Positions 1-14,180 of a DNA stretch of 64,000 bases are shown here, one piece after another. Position 1 is the stretch's first letter. Each line of letters starts with the position of its first letter. Under the pieces are notes generated by a model that ran no database searches, was not told where the DNA came from, and worked only from the letters and a program-made list of their open reading frames with translations. Source of the DNA: Camelus dromedarius (lineage: Eukaryota); NCBI RefSeq assembly GCF_036321535.1, contig NC_087437.1, forward strand, positions 65,536,001 to 65,600,000. The letters are read 5' to 3'. The position numbers and the translations under genes were made by a program.

Positions 1-201
1 ACAATGTAGGAAAATCGACAGACAGGAAGAAGGGAACTATAGAAACTTTGGATCTTAATGTGGGGATCTGAAGGAGGTATAAAGAGGTATTCAGAATCAG
101 AAGCTATGCCCTGTTATCTCTTTCTCATGATAATGATACCAACTTTCTAATAAAGGCACTGCACCTCTAGAATTCATTTCTTTTGAAAGCATACATCTTA
201 C

Positions 202-325
202 CATGTGGAATTGTAGTCTGGAAAGGACGACTTGGGCTTTTCAGGTTCCATAAAGTCAAGCTACCATCTGAATGGCTGCACATGAACTGTTTGCCCTCGT
301 GATGCCAATCAATTGAATGAATAGC
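202..325 (-). CDS. STXBP5L: STXBP5L coding exon, 124 nt
   Basis: tttcattag|GCT ATT...CAT G|gtaag = AIHSIDWHHEGKQFMCSHSDGSLTLWNLKSPSRPFQTTIPH(G); phase 0-1. Confidence 0.97.
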
Positions 326-749
326 CTAATGAAATAACAATTAAAAACAAGTAGAGGAGAAAAAAGTTGATATGTTATATCATTCTACATTCCAAAGAAA
401 AGTAAATTAACACAATTATTATAGCAATAACACTTAAAAAACATATGTAATTTTTCAGACCCAGATCATACTACCTTTGGCTTCAATCCTCTATATGCTT
501 ATAAAAGGCTACAAAAATTAATCTCCTGAGATAAAGGAAAGTTAAGTAAATTTCAAAATTTAGTTAGATCCCAGACCTTTTTGTTGTAACTACTATGTCC
601 TTCCTGTATCCTTTAATGTTTTTGAAAATTATTACATAGAAGTAAAAGCAAGGTTATCAGAAGATAATCTATGGTAAGATAGAGACCTAGTTCCACTTAA
701 AGTCGCCAATTTAAAAAGTAATTTACCTAAAGTTACAATTTAAGGGCCT

Positions 750-940
750 ACCATGTTTCAGCCCTTGGTAAACAGTTTATGTATACATTATCTCATTTAA
801 TCCTACAAAACAGGTATTATTTTTTCCGAATTACACATGGTGAAATAGGCCTAGAGAGATTGAGATACTTGCTCAGGTTACACCATTCAGAGCCAACATG
901 TATCTAACTACAAAATCCATATTCTGAATCACTCAGCTAT
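750..940 (-). mobile_element. MIR SINE relic
   Basis: cattatctcatttaatcct...gaaataggcctagagagattgagatacttgctcagg resembles the reverse complement of the MIR core. Confidence 0.65.
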
Positions 941-2499
941 AGTAACTCTAATATATACCATTTAAATTGATTTAAAGCAAGAAGGGTTCAAAATGTTTAT
1001 ATTTACAGGCTTACTCTGTAGATGTGAATTATATAAAATTAAAAAATAATCATTCCACTTTCCTAAATTATTTTATTTCTAGTGGTTGCACAATGTCTTA
1101 TATAACGTACTCAAAATATTAATGAATAAGTAATTAATTTTATCACATATTTCTAAACTCTTGGTATTCCTTCAAAATTAGTAAAGTATACATGGAACTT
1201 GGGTAATGTGCACAATGAAAGAAACTCTAGTAGACATAAAAGCTGAACAGATGTATACAGCATGATCCTTTCCTTAAAGGAACTTAAACAACTGCAAGAT
1301 AGGAATACATATATTAATATTAACAATGCTTATTGTTTGGAATTTTTAATATTTAGTTTTTTAATCTATATTTATAAAACCATTATATATATATATTTAT
1401 ACTAAACATATATATACACAAAGATATATTTCTAAACAGTAAGTAGTATTAGAGTTACAGATAATTGATGACTAGAGTAATCATTAGACATATCATAAAA
1501 AAAAAAGAGTATAAAAGCTATACCTTAAGATAAGTAAGATTTTATTAATTAGAAAAGATACCAAGACACACTGGACTTATGTTTTCTCTCATCCTGGTCT
1601 TTATTACTGGGCAGAAAAGACTTCCTTATTGCCAGGGTTCAGTAGAGGCAGTGAGAGGAAAAAACACTTTTTGTCTTCTCCTCTATTCACTTCTTCCCAT
1701 TTTTGTAGGTGACTCAAGGGAAATGTCACTTCTTGCCTCCTCTACATGTTAAGTTGAATGAACCTCAGTCAATTTAAAGTTCTCTCAGACTATTTTGCTA
1801 CAAATGGTGGGGGCAGAGAAAGTACCCCAAGCCCTAATCCTTCTTTCCATCCCACTGAATTTCTGTGTACTGGAGAAGATAGAAGTAAAAATAATAGCTA
1901 CAAGACAAAACCAAAATAAGTACTATAAAAGAAGTACACTTGTTGTACAGAAGAGTAGGCATGTACAACCAACTTGTTATTAAAAAAGAGAATGTCAAAT
2001 AGTCCACTACTGAGGAGACTGAAGAACTAGCATTTGAACTTACTTAATGGATAAATATTCAATTTCCATTTATTTGATTATACTCCACCCTTGTCTTTAA
2101 AAAGGACTGTAAGGGTTTACTGAAAAACTAAATATAATATAAGTAATTAAAGAAGAATATTTTAAATGGCAAACAATGTAGAAAATAAAACACTAGTCAG
2201 TTTGGTCAACTCAGTGGTTGTGATTGAATTTCTTGTAAACAAAAAAGACAAAGGAAACCCAAAAAGCTGGATAACAATCTGAAAAAAGGAAAAACAGCAG
2301 TTACTCAAGGAATTAAAAGATTATCCTCATGTTGAGCGCTGAGAAATTTCTCTGTGAGAGATTATTTAAGAAATATTGATGCAATAAAATAAAAATTTCA
2401 CAGCTAATGTGGAAGTAAAATTTGTATAGTTTTTTTTGAAAATAATCTTGGGTTTACAAAACAAAACTGAAATCATCAATGGTTATTCATCAAGGTGCT

Positions 2500-3550
2500 A
2501 GTTAGACAGTTCAAATAGCTTAACAGTGGCTAAAGAACTAATAGAATTTTGATATAAGTAAGAAGAAAGAAGAGAGTTCATGGTAAGGAATTAGTAGGAG
2601 TAAAGGCATGGAGGTAGGAAATAAATGTTTAGGAGATAGTGAGTAATATGTCTGAAGTGTGAAGACTGTGTAGAAAGATGTAGTAAATTAAACACAAGGG
2701 AAAAGATAGCACCAAGGCCTTAAATCTCCTGTCAAGGAATAAGACTTTGTATTGTTGACAACTGGGAGCCATTCAAAGTTTCTAAGGTAGAGAATTACAT
2801 GATCTGACTATGTCTTACAATGATAACCTTGTTAGTGAAAGATATACTGAAAAGGTAAGATATCAGAAGAAATGTGCTTAGTTAAAAGGCTATCATAGAC
2901 TTCTAGGCAAAAGATAACAATCTAAACTAAGACACTGAATGTGAGAATGAAAAGAGAGGAAATAAATGAGAGGCAATATAAAAATATAATCAAGAAGACT
3001 ACAAAAATGATTGTATGTAATATATGAAGAAGAAGAAAGGATCAATATGACTCTGAGGGTTCTAAGTTGAAATAATTAACCAAAACTTAGAAACTGGAAA
3101 AAAAGAAAAACCACCACAGAAGGAGATTCAAGCCTTTAAATATAAGTTTGGTGCCAATGGGATATTCATCTGGACTTTTATATTGTTAAATATTTGGATC
3201 TAGATCTCATGAAAAAGGTAAGAGTTAAAGATATATGGATTTTAACCTTGTTAGCATAATACAGGTAACATTTTAAATGATGGAAGGGAATATGAATATA
3301 AATGTAAATTGAAAGAGAAGTGAAAAGAGGGTGAAGAAATAGAATCCTGAAGAATATCTATAAAGAAAGCTGAGGAAAGAACCAGTGATGGAGAAAGGAG
3401 GGGTGAAAAATGAAGTGAAACAACACAAACAAGGGAAGAAACCATTTCAAGAAGGAAAGGCTAATGTAAAGTTATAGTGAGGAACTCAAAAGACTAAGGA
3501 GTCACTGACCATTGGTGACTTATGAGAAACCATTTCAGTTAAGTATTATA
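2500..3550 (-). mobile_element. LINE-2 relic
   Basis: Purine-rich tract with L2-like motifs (gggagccattcaaagtttctaag...catgatctgact; ttggtgacttatgagaaaccatttcag); boundaries approximate. Confidence 0.6.
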
Positions 3551-5358
3551 GAAGATTTCAAAAATATGAGCAGTAAAGTACTGAGGAAAGCTTGAAAAGT
3601 TTGGTAGTAACATGAAGCATATAACCATCTTTATTAAAATAATAGGACACATAATTATACATTAAAGTTAAATGGATTATATATTTATATATACATATAT
3701 ATGTCCATATAATTCTAGGTATAAAGTAGGTGTAGTGTAGCATTCTATTGACTTAAACATTGTTAATCCTTATTTAAACATTTTATTGAAAAACTACTTT
3801 TACTTACTTTAAGGTGAGAAACAGTCTTTCCACATTTTAAAAAATATCATTTTAGCTTCTTATGAAACAACCAAGTTAAAACAATTTTCATTATCCCTAT
3901 CAAACTCCTGACCATAGTTCATTCCCATTCATTTATAGTATCCAAATAATGATCTAAGCACAGTTCAGATGGAAATAATCTACTTAAATTCTCCCACACT
4001 TTTTAAAGCCACAGGAAAACTAGCTGATTCAGCATTTTCCTCTGGATATCCTTTTTAGCTGCTCTACTCTAGTTACAACTGGCTAAATACGCAGATAGTA
4101 TTTGGACTCTTATCTAGCTACCAGCCTTGAGAAAGGAAGCAATCTCCCTCCTCATCTTTATATTGTATGTATTTAACAAAAGGCAAGCCCTAGTTTAGCT
4201 CCCTAGGACCTTCTTTTCTTATGATTTAAGCCCTGAGAGTTGATCATAAACAGCATAATTGTATATCACTTGCCAGAGTATTTTTCACCAATCATGACCA
4301 AATTACTCAGTTGCTATATCATTTACTTCTGAATTCTTTGTCACTATGACAATAATCTTGTATATCATGAAATTCTAGTTTGCCAGAACCACTAAGAAAT
4401 GAATGGGGAGACGGGTTATGGGATAGCCAAAGGCTTATATCTTTAAGCACCGAAGCTTAAATTTTACTGTTATGAGGGGGTGGAAGGGAGCACACAAAGG
4501 AATTATTCTAAAGAAATGTGTTTTCCTTTTAAATTTCTTTTTCTATTAACCTCAGTGTTGTCCTAAATTCTTTGCCATTCTTCCCATTTAAGCCTGGGTA
4601 ATGTTCAACAGTGATTTTTGACCTGTACTTTCCTCCTATCTCTCAGTACTCTCATTTTAAAAATTTAATTGAGAGCTGAAATGATCACCTTTATTTCGAC
4701 AGCTTCAAGAGGTGATTCACCTTTGTCACCGTTTGCCCCTAGCTTTACTCTCTTCACATTAGCATCTTAAGGAGGAAATAATTAATGGCCTAGAATCAAT
4801 CTTTGAACAACTGAAGTATCAATAAGAGATTGTTCTTTGATAAGAGTCCATTGCTTTCCTTAAATAAAAGCCCAAACTGTCAATTATGTACAAGAAAACT
4901 TACTTCAAGATCTGACTCTTAAGTATTACTTTTTTAAAAATCACCTTTATTGCAAGAAGGCAAGTAGTAGAAGATAAGGTCTTTCAAACTGACTACTTAA
5001 ATGTTCTGCCACAGGAAAACAATTTTCTAAGCAAGATGTGAATAGTGTTTTTAGAGACCTTAAGGACACAGAGGTAAGACATAAACATGAAGCCCAAAGG
5101 AAAGAAAAAGATAGGTAATAAGCACCAATGTATGTAAGATGCCCAGAAAGATTTTAAAATAGTCAGTCAAGGCAGAATTTCCACTCAGGAAACCCAGAGT
5201 TAGAACTTGCACAAATACCAACAGGCAGTATGAGGCACTGGATCAGAACTAGGCAGTTTTTCAGTGATAAAAATAATGGTAACACACAAAGTTTAAAAGT
5301 AGAAACCAGGCAAAAAGTTACAATATTCTTTTCAAAAATTTCAGTAGAAATCACTTAC

Positions 5359-5442
5359 CTCATCATAATAAACTCTCAATTCCGCTTTTTTTGATTTCAA
5401 GTCCCAGAATACTACAGTACCATTTTCATAACCTATTAGCAG
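5359..5442 (-). CDS. STXBP5L: STXBP5L coding exon, 84 nt
   Basis: ttttccag|CTG CTA...GAT GAG|gtaagt = LLIGYENGTVVFWDLKSKKAELRVYYDE; phase 0-0. Confidence 0.97.
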
Positions 5443-7439
5443 CTGGAAAATATTAAAATAATCATTTTTATATTTCTAACATTAATTTTAGCTTGCTCCA
5501 AATAAAGATTAATGTTACTACAATAAAGTAAAATCATATTACATAATACAACTCTATTTAGAATACCAATTTTTCCAAACCTGAATACAGATTTTCTACT
5601 TTGAAAAAATTGGCAAATGAACATTACTGCAGTAAAAACATTTACCAATGAAATCTAGCTCATTCCAAAGAGAAATTGAGGAAACATGTAAGTATATATA
5701 ATGCAACATAAAAATAAGGAAATTGGAACAAAAGAAAAACAGTATAGAAAATGAAGATAAAATAAAGGATGAAATGCAGTAAGTTTAAGAAAAATATATA
5801 CGCCATTCAGTCCTACGTACTTAAAATATATGGCCACAATTTTGGCTTCAAATTTCTGTCAAATCCTATCTCTTTGACTTACGTCAGTATTTTAAATTAG
5901 TGATTTATGAGCTCTCAGAAGTTCACAAGGGTACTCTAGAGATTTGTATTATTAAAAATAGTTGATATTGATTTATAAATCAATAAACAATTAACAAAAT
6001 ATGTTCTTCATTTCAAAATAAAAGTATTTGAGAAGAAATAATTATTTGATGATCAAGACTCAGACATTCAGCTAAATACTGCTAGCTGTGCTAATGATTT
6101 TTACTATGATTCTGAGTTATTATTTATAGTTATATTTTGTTATATTTAACCTATTATTGGTTAAAAGAACAGAAAGATAAAAATAGGCCAATGTTCAAAT
6201 AATGATAATATTTCCCATGAATTTGCCTGATATGCCAGAAAGATGATTTTCTTGAAATACAGTAGTAGTATTTTCTGATGAAAATTCTTATCCTGTTAGT
6301 AAAGATGTTTCAATAACTCCAAAAAAAGGTGGTTAAAAGTGGAAAATATAATAGTAGTTATAAGTTGCTCCTATATAGCATCCTGAGACCCACTCATTTG
6401 CCTAGAAATTTTATAACGGCACAAAAAAACAACAAAAGTAAACTGGGTAGTAGTTTTAACAGGAAATAAAATTTCAAATATCAGGTCATGAAAACAATGT
6501 ACATTATTTTTGAAAGTACAGAATATATTTAAATGTTTTATTATTAAACCACAAATTTTAAAATTGATTTGACAAAAAAAATTGAGCTTTTTTTACATAT
6601 TAAATTAAAATAAAGTAAATGGCATTATGGCTTCTAGAATTTAAAGTCAAAATTAATATAAATAAAGAATATTTCTTAAAATAAAATTTATATAAAGTTA
6701 TATATACTGTACTTAGATGCATATTAACTTCAACTCTTTTTATATACGAGAAAATGATAAATAACAAAACTAAATCCTATGGGGTGTGTGAGAAAAAATT
6801 TCTGTAAGGGTACAGAAAGGAGATTTTTAAGTTTAAAATGTGTGAAAATATGACCTGTTCAAGAAAATGAATAATATAACCTTTCAGAATTTGAGCCTCA
6901 AGATGTAATGAAATAATATTCTAAAATGCTATATTTTTATAGTAAATATCTGAAAGATACAAGTTATTTTGTTTATAAAATATTACAAGCAATAGCCTCA
7001 GTGAATCACAAAATATAACGTAATGAACCTCAAAATAATAATAAATTAATGAGATAACTATATAAAATTATGATATGGGATATATCAAAATACATTAGAA
7101 TCACTTAGAGAACTAAGAAAAACAGCCCCTGTTATCCAGGAGACACCACACAAAACCATCCTGTGACCATGATGAATCAAGACAAAAATATTACTCTGTA
7201 ATCATGCCTGATCACATCAAAACATGAACATTACCCAAGTCACAAATACATATCATTCAGTTTTAAAAATAGTTTTAAAAATATATCTCTCCCAATGTTA
7301 AGAACATAAAGGCAAAGAAGTAGGTGATTTCCTCACTACATATCATCAGGACCTACGTATCAACAGTTTCTGAAAAAAGTAGGTACCTGAAAAAATATCT
7401 GTTAAATTAATTAGTAAATGCCAAATAATCAAAATCATA

Positions 7440-7645
7440 GATAATATATATTCCCTAATAAACATGAAATAAAATTAGAAGTCATTGACAAAAATATTTT
7501 GGAAACTAAAAAATATATTTTAAAGTAATTATGATCAAAGAAGAAATTATAATGAAAAGTATGACATAGAACAAAAGTGCCTCATATTGAACCTTGTAGG
7601 ACACAGATAAGTCCTCATCAAGAGGGAAATTGATATTTTTATAAA
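7440..7645 (+). mobile_element. Old L1 ORF2 fragment
   Basis: aaaattagaagtcattgac...atcaaagaagaaattataatgaaa...agagggaaattgata resembles the post-endonuclease part of ORF2. Confidence 0.55.
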
Positions 7646-7647
7646 TA

Positions 7648-7913
7648 CAGGCATACCTTGGAGATATTGTGGGTTTGGTTCCAGACCACCTCAATAAAGT
7701 GTAATATCACACTAAAGTAAGTCACACAAGTTTTACTGGTTTCCCAGTGCATATAGACTTTTACACTGTAATCTATTAAATATACAATAGCATTACTTCT
7801 GAAAAAAAAGTACATACCTTAATTTAAAAATATATTATAGCTAAAAAGTGCTATATCATCTGATCCTTCAGTTAGTCATAATATTTTTTGCAATAGTAAC
7901 ATCAAAGATCACT
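7648..7913 (-). mobile_element. Tigger1-family DNA transposon end, truncated
   Basis: TA target site followed by the TIR CAGGCATACC-TTGGAGATATTGTGGGTTTGGTTCCAGACCAC...; cut off by the L1 that starts at about 7914. Confidence 0.85.
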
Positions 7914-10900
7914 AGACAGAGGTGGGATTGAGATGGAAGAGTAGGAAGACCCTGAGCTCAGCTCCTCCCATTAATATACCAAAACTACAGCTATATACAG
8001 ACAACACTCAGAACAACTCAAAGACTAGCAAAACAGCTTTCCTATAATTAAGGATATAAAGAAAAAAAACACACACACAGAGATGGGTACAAGGGTCAGG
8101 ACCCACACCCAGGTAGGTGACCAAAAAGAGGAAGGGGATTTACAAACTCAGAGGTCCTCCCAAAGAACAAGGCATTAGAGCCCCACATTAGGCCCCCAGC
8201 CAGCACTGAGAAGATGATGCCCCTTAAATGGTTTTGAAAACCAGTGGGGCTTATGACTGGGAGAGCCAGAGGATTGTAGGAAACTGAGACTCCACACTTA
8301 AAGGCAAGCACGTAAACTCACTCACTTGAGTCTAGGTGCAGAGGCAGCAAACTAAAAATTGCTTGGTGCTCTAGCCAGCCAGCAAAGGCCACCGAGCACA
8401 ACTCACAGCCTGCTCCCAGCTCTGGCTCTAACCCCACAGCTGAGTAATGGCACCCAGCACACCCAAGGAGAAGCCCTGGCTCACACCAGGCTCCATTACT
8501 AGCTCCTCCAGCTTCAAGCCACCCCTGCCAAGGTAACAGCCCTACACAACCTGGGAGAAGCTCAAAACAACACCAGACCCCACCTCTAGCCTTTCTAGCT
8601 ACAGCCCTCTCTTCCAAAGGCAGTGTCCCTCAGGGCACTCTAGGAGAAGTCCAGCCCATGCCAGACTCTGACTCTAGCAACCTCAACCTGGCCAAGATGG
8701 TGGCTCCAGTATAATCCAGGAAAAGACCCCATCAATGCTCACTTCAGCTCCAGTCCTCCTCACCAAAGCCACCAGACATACATAGTCTGCAAAGGGATAC
8801 TTCTATCCAATGACACACCTTCCAGACCAGGTGAGTTAAATGTTCTGCCTAATTCATAAAGGCAAACACAGAAAATCAAACAAAATAAGAAGACAGAGAG
8901 GAAGACAAAGGAATATGTTCCAAATGAAATAACAAGATGAATTCCCAGAAAATAACCCTAATGAAATGAAGGTAAGTACTTTACATAATAAGGAGTTCAA
9001 AGAAAGGTCATAAAAATGCTTATCAAACTCAAGAGAATAAAGAATCACAGTGAGAGCTTCAACAAAAAGTTTGAAAATATTAAAAAAAGACCCAATCAGA
9101 GATGAGGACAATAACTGAAATGAAAAATACATTAGAGAGAATAAACAGCAGATTAGGTGATACAGAAGAATTAATAAGTGACCTGGAGAGTAGAATTCTG
9201 GTATCACCTAATCAGGACAGCAAAAAGAGAACCAAAAATTTAATAGGATAGTTTAGGGGCATCTGAAACAACATCAAGCATGTAATATTCACATTATAGG
9301 ATTCAGTCCCAGGAAGAGAAAAGGTAAAGTGGCAGAAAACATATTTGATGAAATAATGGTTGGCAAATTCCCTATGCTAGAAAGGAAACATATCCAGATC
9401 CAGGAATCATAGAGAGTCCTAAAAAGATGAACTCAAAGAGATCCATACATCACATAAGTAAAATGGCAAAAGTTAAAAATAAAGAAAGTATTTTTAGGAA
9501 AGAAAGAGAAAAACAGAGTCACATAAAAGGGAAAGGCTATCAGCTGATTTTTCAGCAGAAACTTTGTAGGCCAGAAGGGAGTGGCATGATATATTTAAAG
9601 CACTAAAAGGGAAAAGCCCAAACCAAGGACACTCTACTTAGCAAAGTTATCACTCAGAATTGAAGGAGAGTAAAAGGGTTCCCAAGAGTTCCCAAGCAAA
9701 AACTAACAGTTTGTCACCACTAAGCAGATCCCACAAGAAATGTTAAAGGGTCTTCTTTAAGCATAAAAAAATCATAACAAGAAATGAGAAAATATATGAA
9801 GAAACTAAATTTAATTGATATAGGGAAATAGTAAAGGCAGTGGATCAACCACTTAAAAAGCTAGTATAAAGGTTAGATGGCAAAAGTCATAAAATCAATT
9901 ATAACTACAATGAGCAGTTCATACACAAAATGATGTAAAATATAATGTCAAAAACATGAAACATGGTGGGGGAGTAAAAAAAATGTAGAATTTTAAGAAT
10001 ATGTTTGAACTGAAATAACTATAAATTTAAAACAAATTATCTATCTGTCTTCCTCCCTCCCTCCCTCCCTCCCTCCCTATCTATCTCCTGGTAACCACAA
10101 ACCAAAAGCCTACAACAGATACATAAATAACAGAGAAAGAGAGGAACATAAGCATAATGCTAAAGAAAATCATCAAACCACAAGGGAAGAGACAAAGAAG
10201 AAAAGAATAGAGAACTAAAAAAACAATCAGAAAACATGCAACAAAATGGCAATAACTACATGCTTATCATTAATCACTTCAAGTGTAAATGAACGAAATG
10301 CCCCAATCAAAAAGCAAAAGGTGGTTGAAGGGATAAAAAACAAGACCCATCTATATGCTGCCTACAAGAGACTCACTTTAGACCTAAAGACACACACAGA
10401 TTGAAGGTAAAATGATGGAAAGATATTCTATGCAAAGAGAAACAAAAAGAAAGCTGGGGTAGCACAATTCATATCAAACAAAATAGACTTTAAAACAAAG
10501 ATTGCAACAAAAGATAAAGAAGGGTATTATATAATGATAAGGTCAATACAAAAAGAGGCAATAACATTCATAAACATATATGCACCTAACATAGGAACAA
10601 CGAAATATATGAATCAAATATTAACAGACATAAAAGGAGAAATTGACAGCAATAAAGTGTAAGTAGAGGATTTTAATACCCCATTTACAACAATGAAAAA
10701 ATCATCCAGGCAGAAAATCAATAAGAAAACACTGGCCTTCAATGATACTTTAAGCAGTTGGACTTAATAGATATCTACAGAGCATTCCATCCCAAAACTA
10801 TAGAATACACGTACTTTTCAAGTGTAACATTCTCCAGGATAGATCACATCCTAGGCCACAAAACAAATCCCAATAAATTTAAGAAGAGTAAAATCATATC

Positions 10901-11166
10901 AAGTATCTTTTGTGACCAAGTTGATATGAAACTAGGTATCAATTACAGGTTGAAAGGTGGAAAAGATACAAACAGATGAAGACTAATCAACATGCTGCTA
11001 AAAAAAAAAACCCAGTGAGTCAAAGAAGAAATCAAAGAGAAAATAAAAAATATCTTGAGATGAATGAAGGTTTCAGTAGAGAAGGTGGCTGGATGTGCAG
11101 CATGGCCCTCAACCTGTTTATGTCTGGGTTGAACTGCATCAATGATACGGGGTATGGGGGTATCAT

Positions 11167-11351
11167 CTTTCTTCTTTCTTCTTCTTCTTCTTTCTTCTTC
11201 GTTCTTCTTTCTTCTTCTTTCTTCTCCTTCTTCTTCTTTTTTGTTTGTTTGTTTTGGGGGAGGTAATTAGGTTTATTTATTTATTCTTGGGAGGAGGTAC
11301 TGGGGATTGAACATGTTAAGCATGCTCTACTGCTTGAGCTATAGCCTCCCC
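11167..11351 (-). mobile_element. tRNA-derived SINE (camelid vic-1-like) with (GAA)n-type tail
   Basis: Minus strand reads ggggaggctatagctcaagcagtagagcatgctt...gttcaatccccagtacctcc...taaataaacctaattacctccccc, then an A/GAA-rich tail. Short internal deletion relative to the copy at 44076. Confidence 0.85.
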
Positions 11352-14100
11352 AACCCGAGCTGAATATAAACAGAAACACAACTTTTCAAAAGCTATGGTA
11401 TGCAGCAAATGCACTTCTAAGACGGAAATTTATAGTAGCACAGGCTTACTTCAATAAACAAGAAAAATATCAAACAACCTAACTAGAAACCCAAAGTAAT
11501 TACAAAAAGAAAACAAAGTCCAAAGTTAGTAGAAGTAAGGAAGTAATAAAGATCAGGGGGGAAATGAATAGAGACAAAAAATAGAAAAAAAGTCAATGAA
11601 ACTAACAATTTGTTTTTTAAAAGATAAAGAAAATTGATAACCTTTAGCCAGACTCTTGAAGAAAAAAGAGGGACCAAATAAATACAATAAAAAATGAACA
11701 ATAAGTTATAAAAGATATCACAGAAATATAATCATAAGAGAATACTACAAACATTTGTAATCAAACTGGACAACCTAGAAGAAATGGACAAACTCCTAGA
11801 AATGTACAACATCCCAACACTAAATCAGGAAAAAATAGAAAATATGAACAGACCAATTACTAGCAATGAAACTTAGTAACTAAAAAATTCCCAACAAACA
11901 AAAGTCCAGAATCAGATGGCTTCATAGGGGAACTCTACCCAACATTTAAAGAAGCATAATACCTATCCTTCTCAAAATCTTCCAAAAAACTGAAGAGAAG
12001 GGAACACTACCAAAATCATTCTTTGAGGCCAGCACTATAGTGAAAACAGAGCCAGACAAGGACATTATAAAAAAGGAAATTATAGGCCAATAAATCTGAT
12101 AAATATAGATGCAAAAAACCTAAACAAAATATTAGCAAACAAGATTCAATAATATACAAAAAGGATCATATGCCATGACCAAATATGATTTATTCCAAGG
12201 ATGTAAGTTTGGTACAGTATCTGCAAATCACTGTGATACACCACATACACAAAATGAAGGGTAAAAATCACAAGATCTGCACAATAGGTGCAGAAAAAGC
12301 ATTTGAAAAATTCAATATACATGATGATAAAAACTCTCCTCAAAGTCAATATATAGGGAATATATCTCAACATAATAGAGGCATTTGTGACAAAACCACA
12401 GCTAATATCATACTCAATGGTGAAAAGCTGAAAGCTTTTCCTCTAAGATTAGGAACAAGACAAGAATGCCCACTCTTATTCAAAAGAGTATTGGAAGTCC
12501 TAGCCACAGCAATCATAGAAGAAAAAGAAATATCATCCAGGTTGGAAGGGAAGAAGTAAAACTGTCACTATTTGCAGATGACATGATACTTTCTATAAAA
12601 AATCCTAAAAACTCCACCCAAAACTATTGGAACTAATAAATGATTTAAACAAAATTAATATACATAAATCTGCATTTCTGTACATTAAAAGTGAACTATC
12701 AAAAAGAGAAAGCAAGAAAACAATCCCATTTAAAACTGCATCAAAAAGAATAAAACACTTAGGAACAAATTTAACGAAGGAGGCGAAAGGCCTATACTCT
12801 GAAAACTGTATGACATTGATTAAAAAACAAAACAAAACTGAAGATAACATAAAATCATAAAGATATTCCATGTTCATGGACTGGAAGAATTAATGAATTG
12901 TTAAAAAGTCTATACTACCCAAAGCAATCTACATAGTCAATGCAATCCTTATCAAAATATCCATGCAATATGCACAGAACTAAAAAAAAATCCTAAAATT
13001 TGAATGAAGCCACAAAAACATAGCCAGCTTGAGAAAGGAGAACAAAGCTGGATGTTTCACACTCTCTGACTTCAAACTATACTAGAAAGCTGAAGCAATC
13101 AAAACAGTATAACACTGCACAAAAACAGACACATAGATCTATGAAACAAAATAGAAAGCCCAGAAATAAATTCATGCATATATGGTCAATTAATCAAAGG
13201 CAAAGAAGGCAAGAATATACAATGGGGAAAAGACAGTTTCTTCATGTAAGTAGCTGTGGGAAAACTGGACAGCTACATGTAAATGAAACTAGACCATTTT
13301 CTCACAACATATACAAAAATAGACTTTAAATGAACAAAAGACTTAAATGTAAGACCTGAAACCACAAAACTCCTGAAAGAAAACACAGGTAGTATGCTCT
13401 TTGTAATCAGTCCTAGAAATTTTTTTTTTTGGATCTGCTTCCTCAGGCAAGAACAACAAAAGCAAAAATAAGCACATGAAACCACATCAAATTAAAAATG
13501 TTTGCACAGCAAAGGAAACCATCACCAAAATGAAAAGACAACTTATGGAATGGGAGAAAATATTTGCAAATGATGCAACTGACAAGGGGTTAATGCCCAA
13601 AATATGTAAAGAACTCACACTATTCAATGTCAAAATAGCAAACTATTCCATTAAAAATGGCATTTTTTCCGAAGAAGACATAGAGATTGTCAACAGGCAC
13701 ATGAAAAGATGCACAGCATCACTAACCATCAGGGAAATGTAAATCAAAACCACAATGAAATATAACCTCAAATTTGTCAAAATGGCTACCATCAAAAAGA
13801 CAAATAACTAACAAGTGTTGGTGAGGATGTAAAGAAAAGGAAACTCTTGTGCACTTTTGGTGGGAATATACATTGGTACAGCCACTATGGAAAACAGTAT
13901 AGAGGTTCCTGAAAAAATTAAAAATTGAACTACCATATGATCCAGCAATTCTATGTCTGGGTACTTATCTGAGAAAAATAAAAACACTAAATCACAAAGA
14001 TATATGCACCCCAATGTTCATTGCAGTGTTATATACCATAGCCAAGATATGAAGCAACCTAGGTGTCCATCAACAGATAAATGGATAAAGAAAATGTGGT

Positions 14101-14102
<2 letters not shown>

Positions 14103-14147
<45 letters not shown>
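14103..14147. repeat. (CA)n microsatellite
   Basis: About 22 CA units inside the end of L1 ORF2. Confidence 0.95.
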
Positions 14148-14149
<2 letters not shown>

Positions 14150-14180
14150 AATATTTCTCAGCCCTAAAAAAGGAATGAAA

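Larger units (their letters stand above)
7914..14180 (+). mobile_element. Near full-length decayed LINE-1 (5'UTR, ORF1, ORF2) lacking its 3'UTR
   Basis: 5' motif agatggaagagtaggaagacc; ORF1 remnant about 8880-9760; ORF2 remnants in the ORF track ([29 protein letters not shown]); many stops and frameshifts. Confidence 0.93.
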
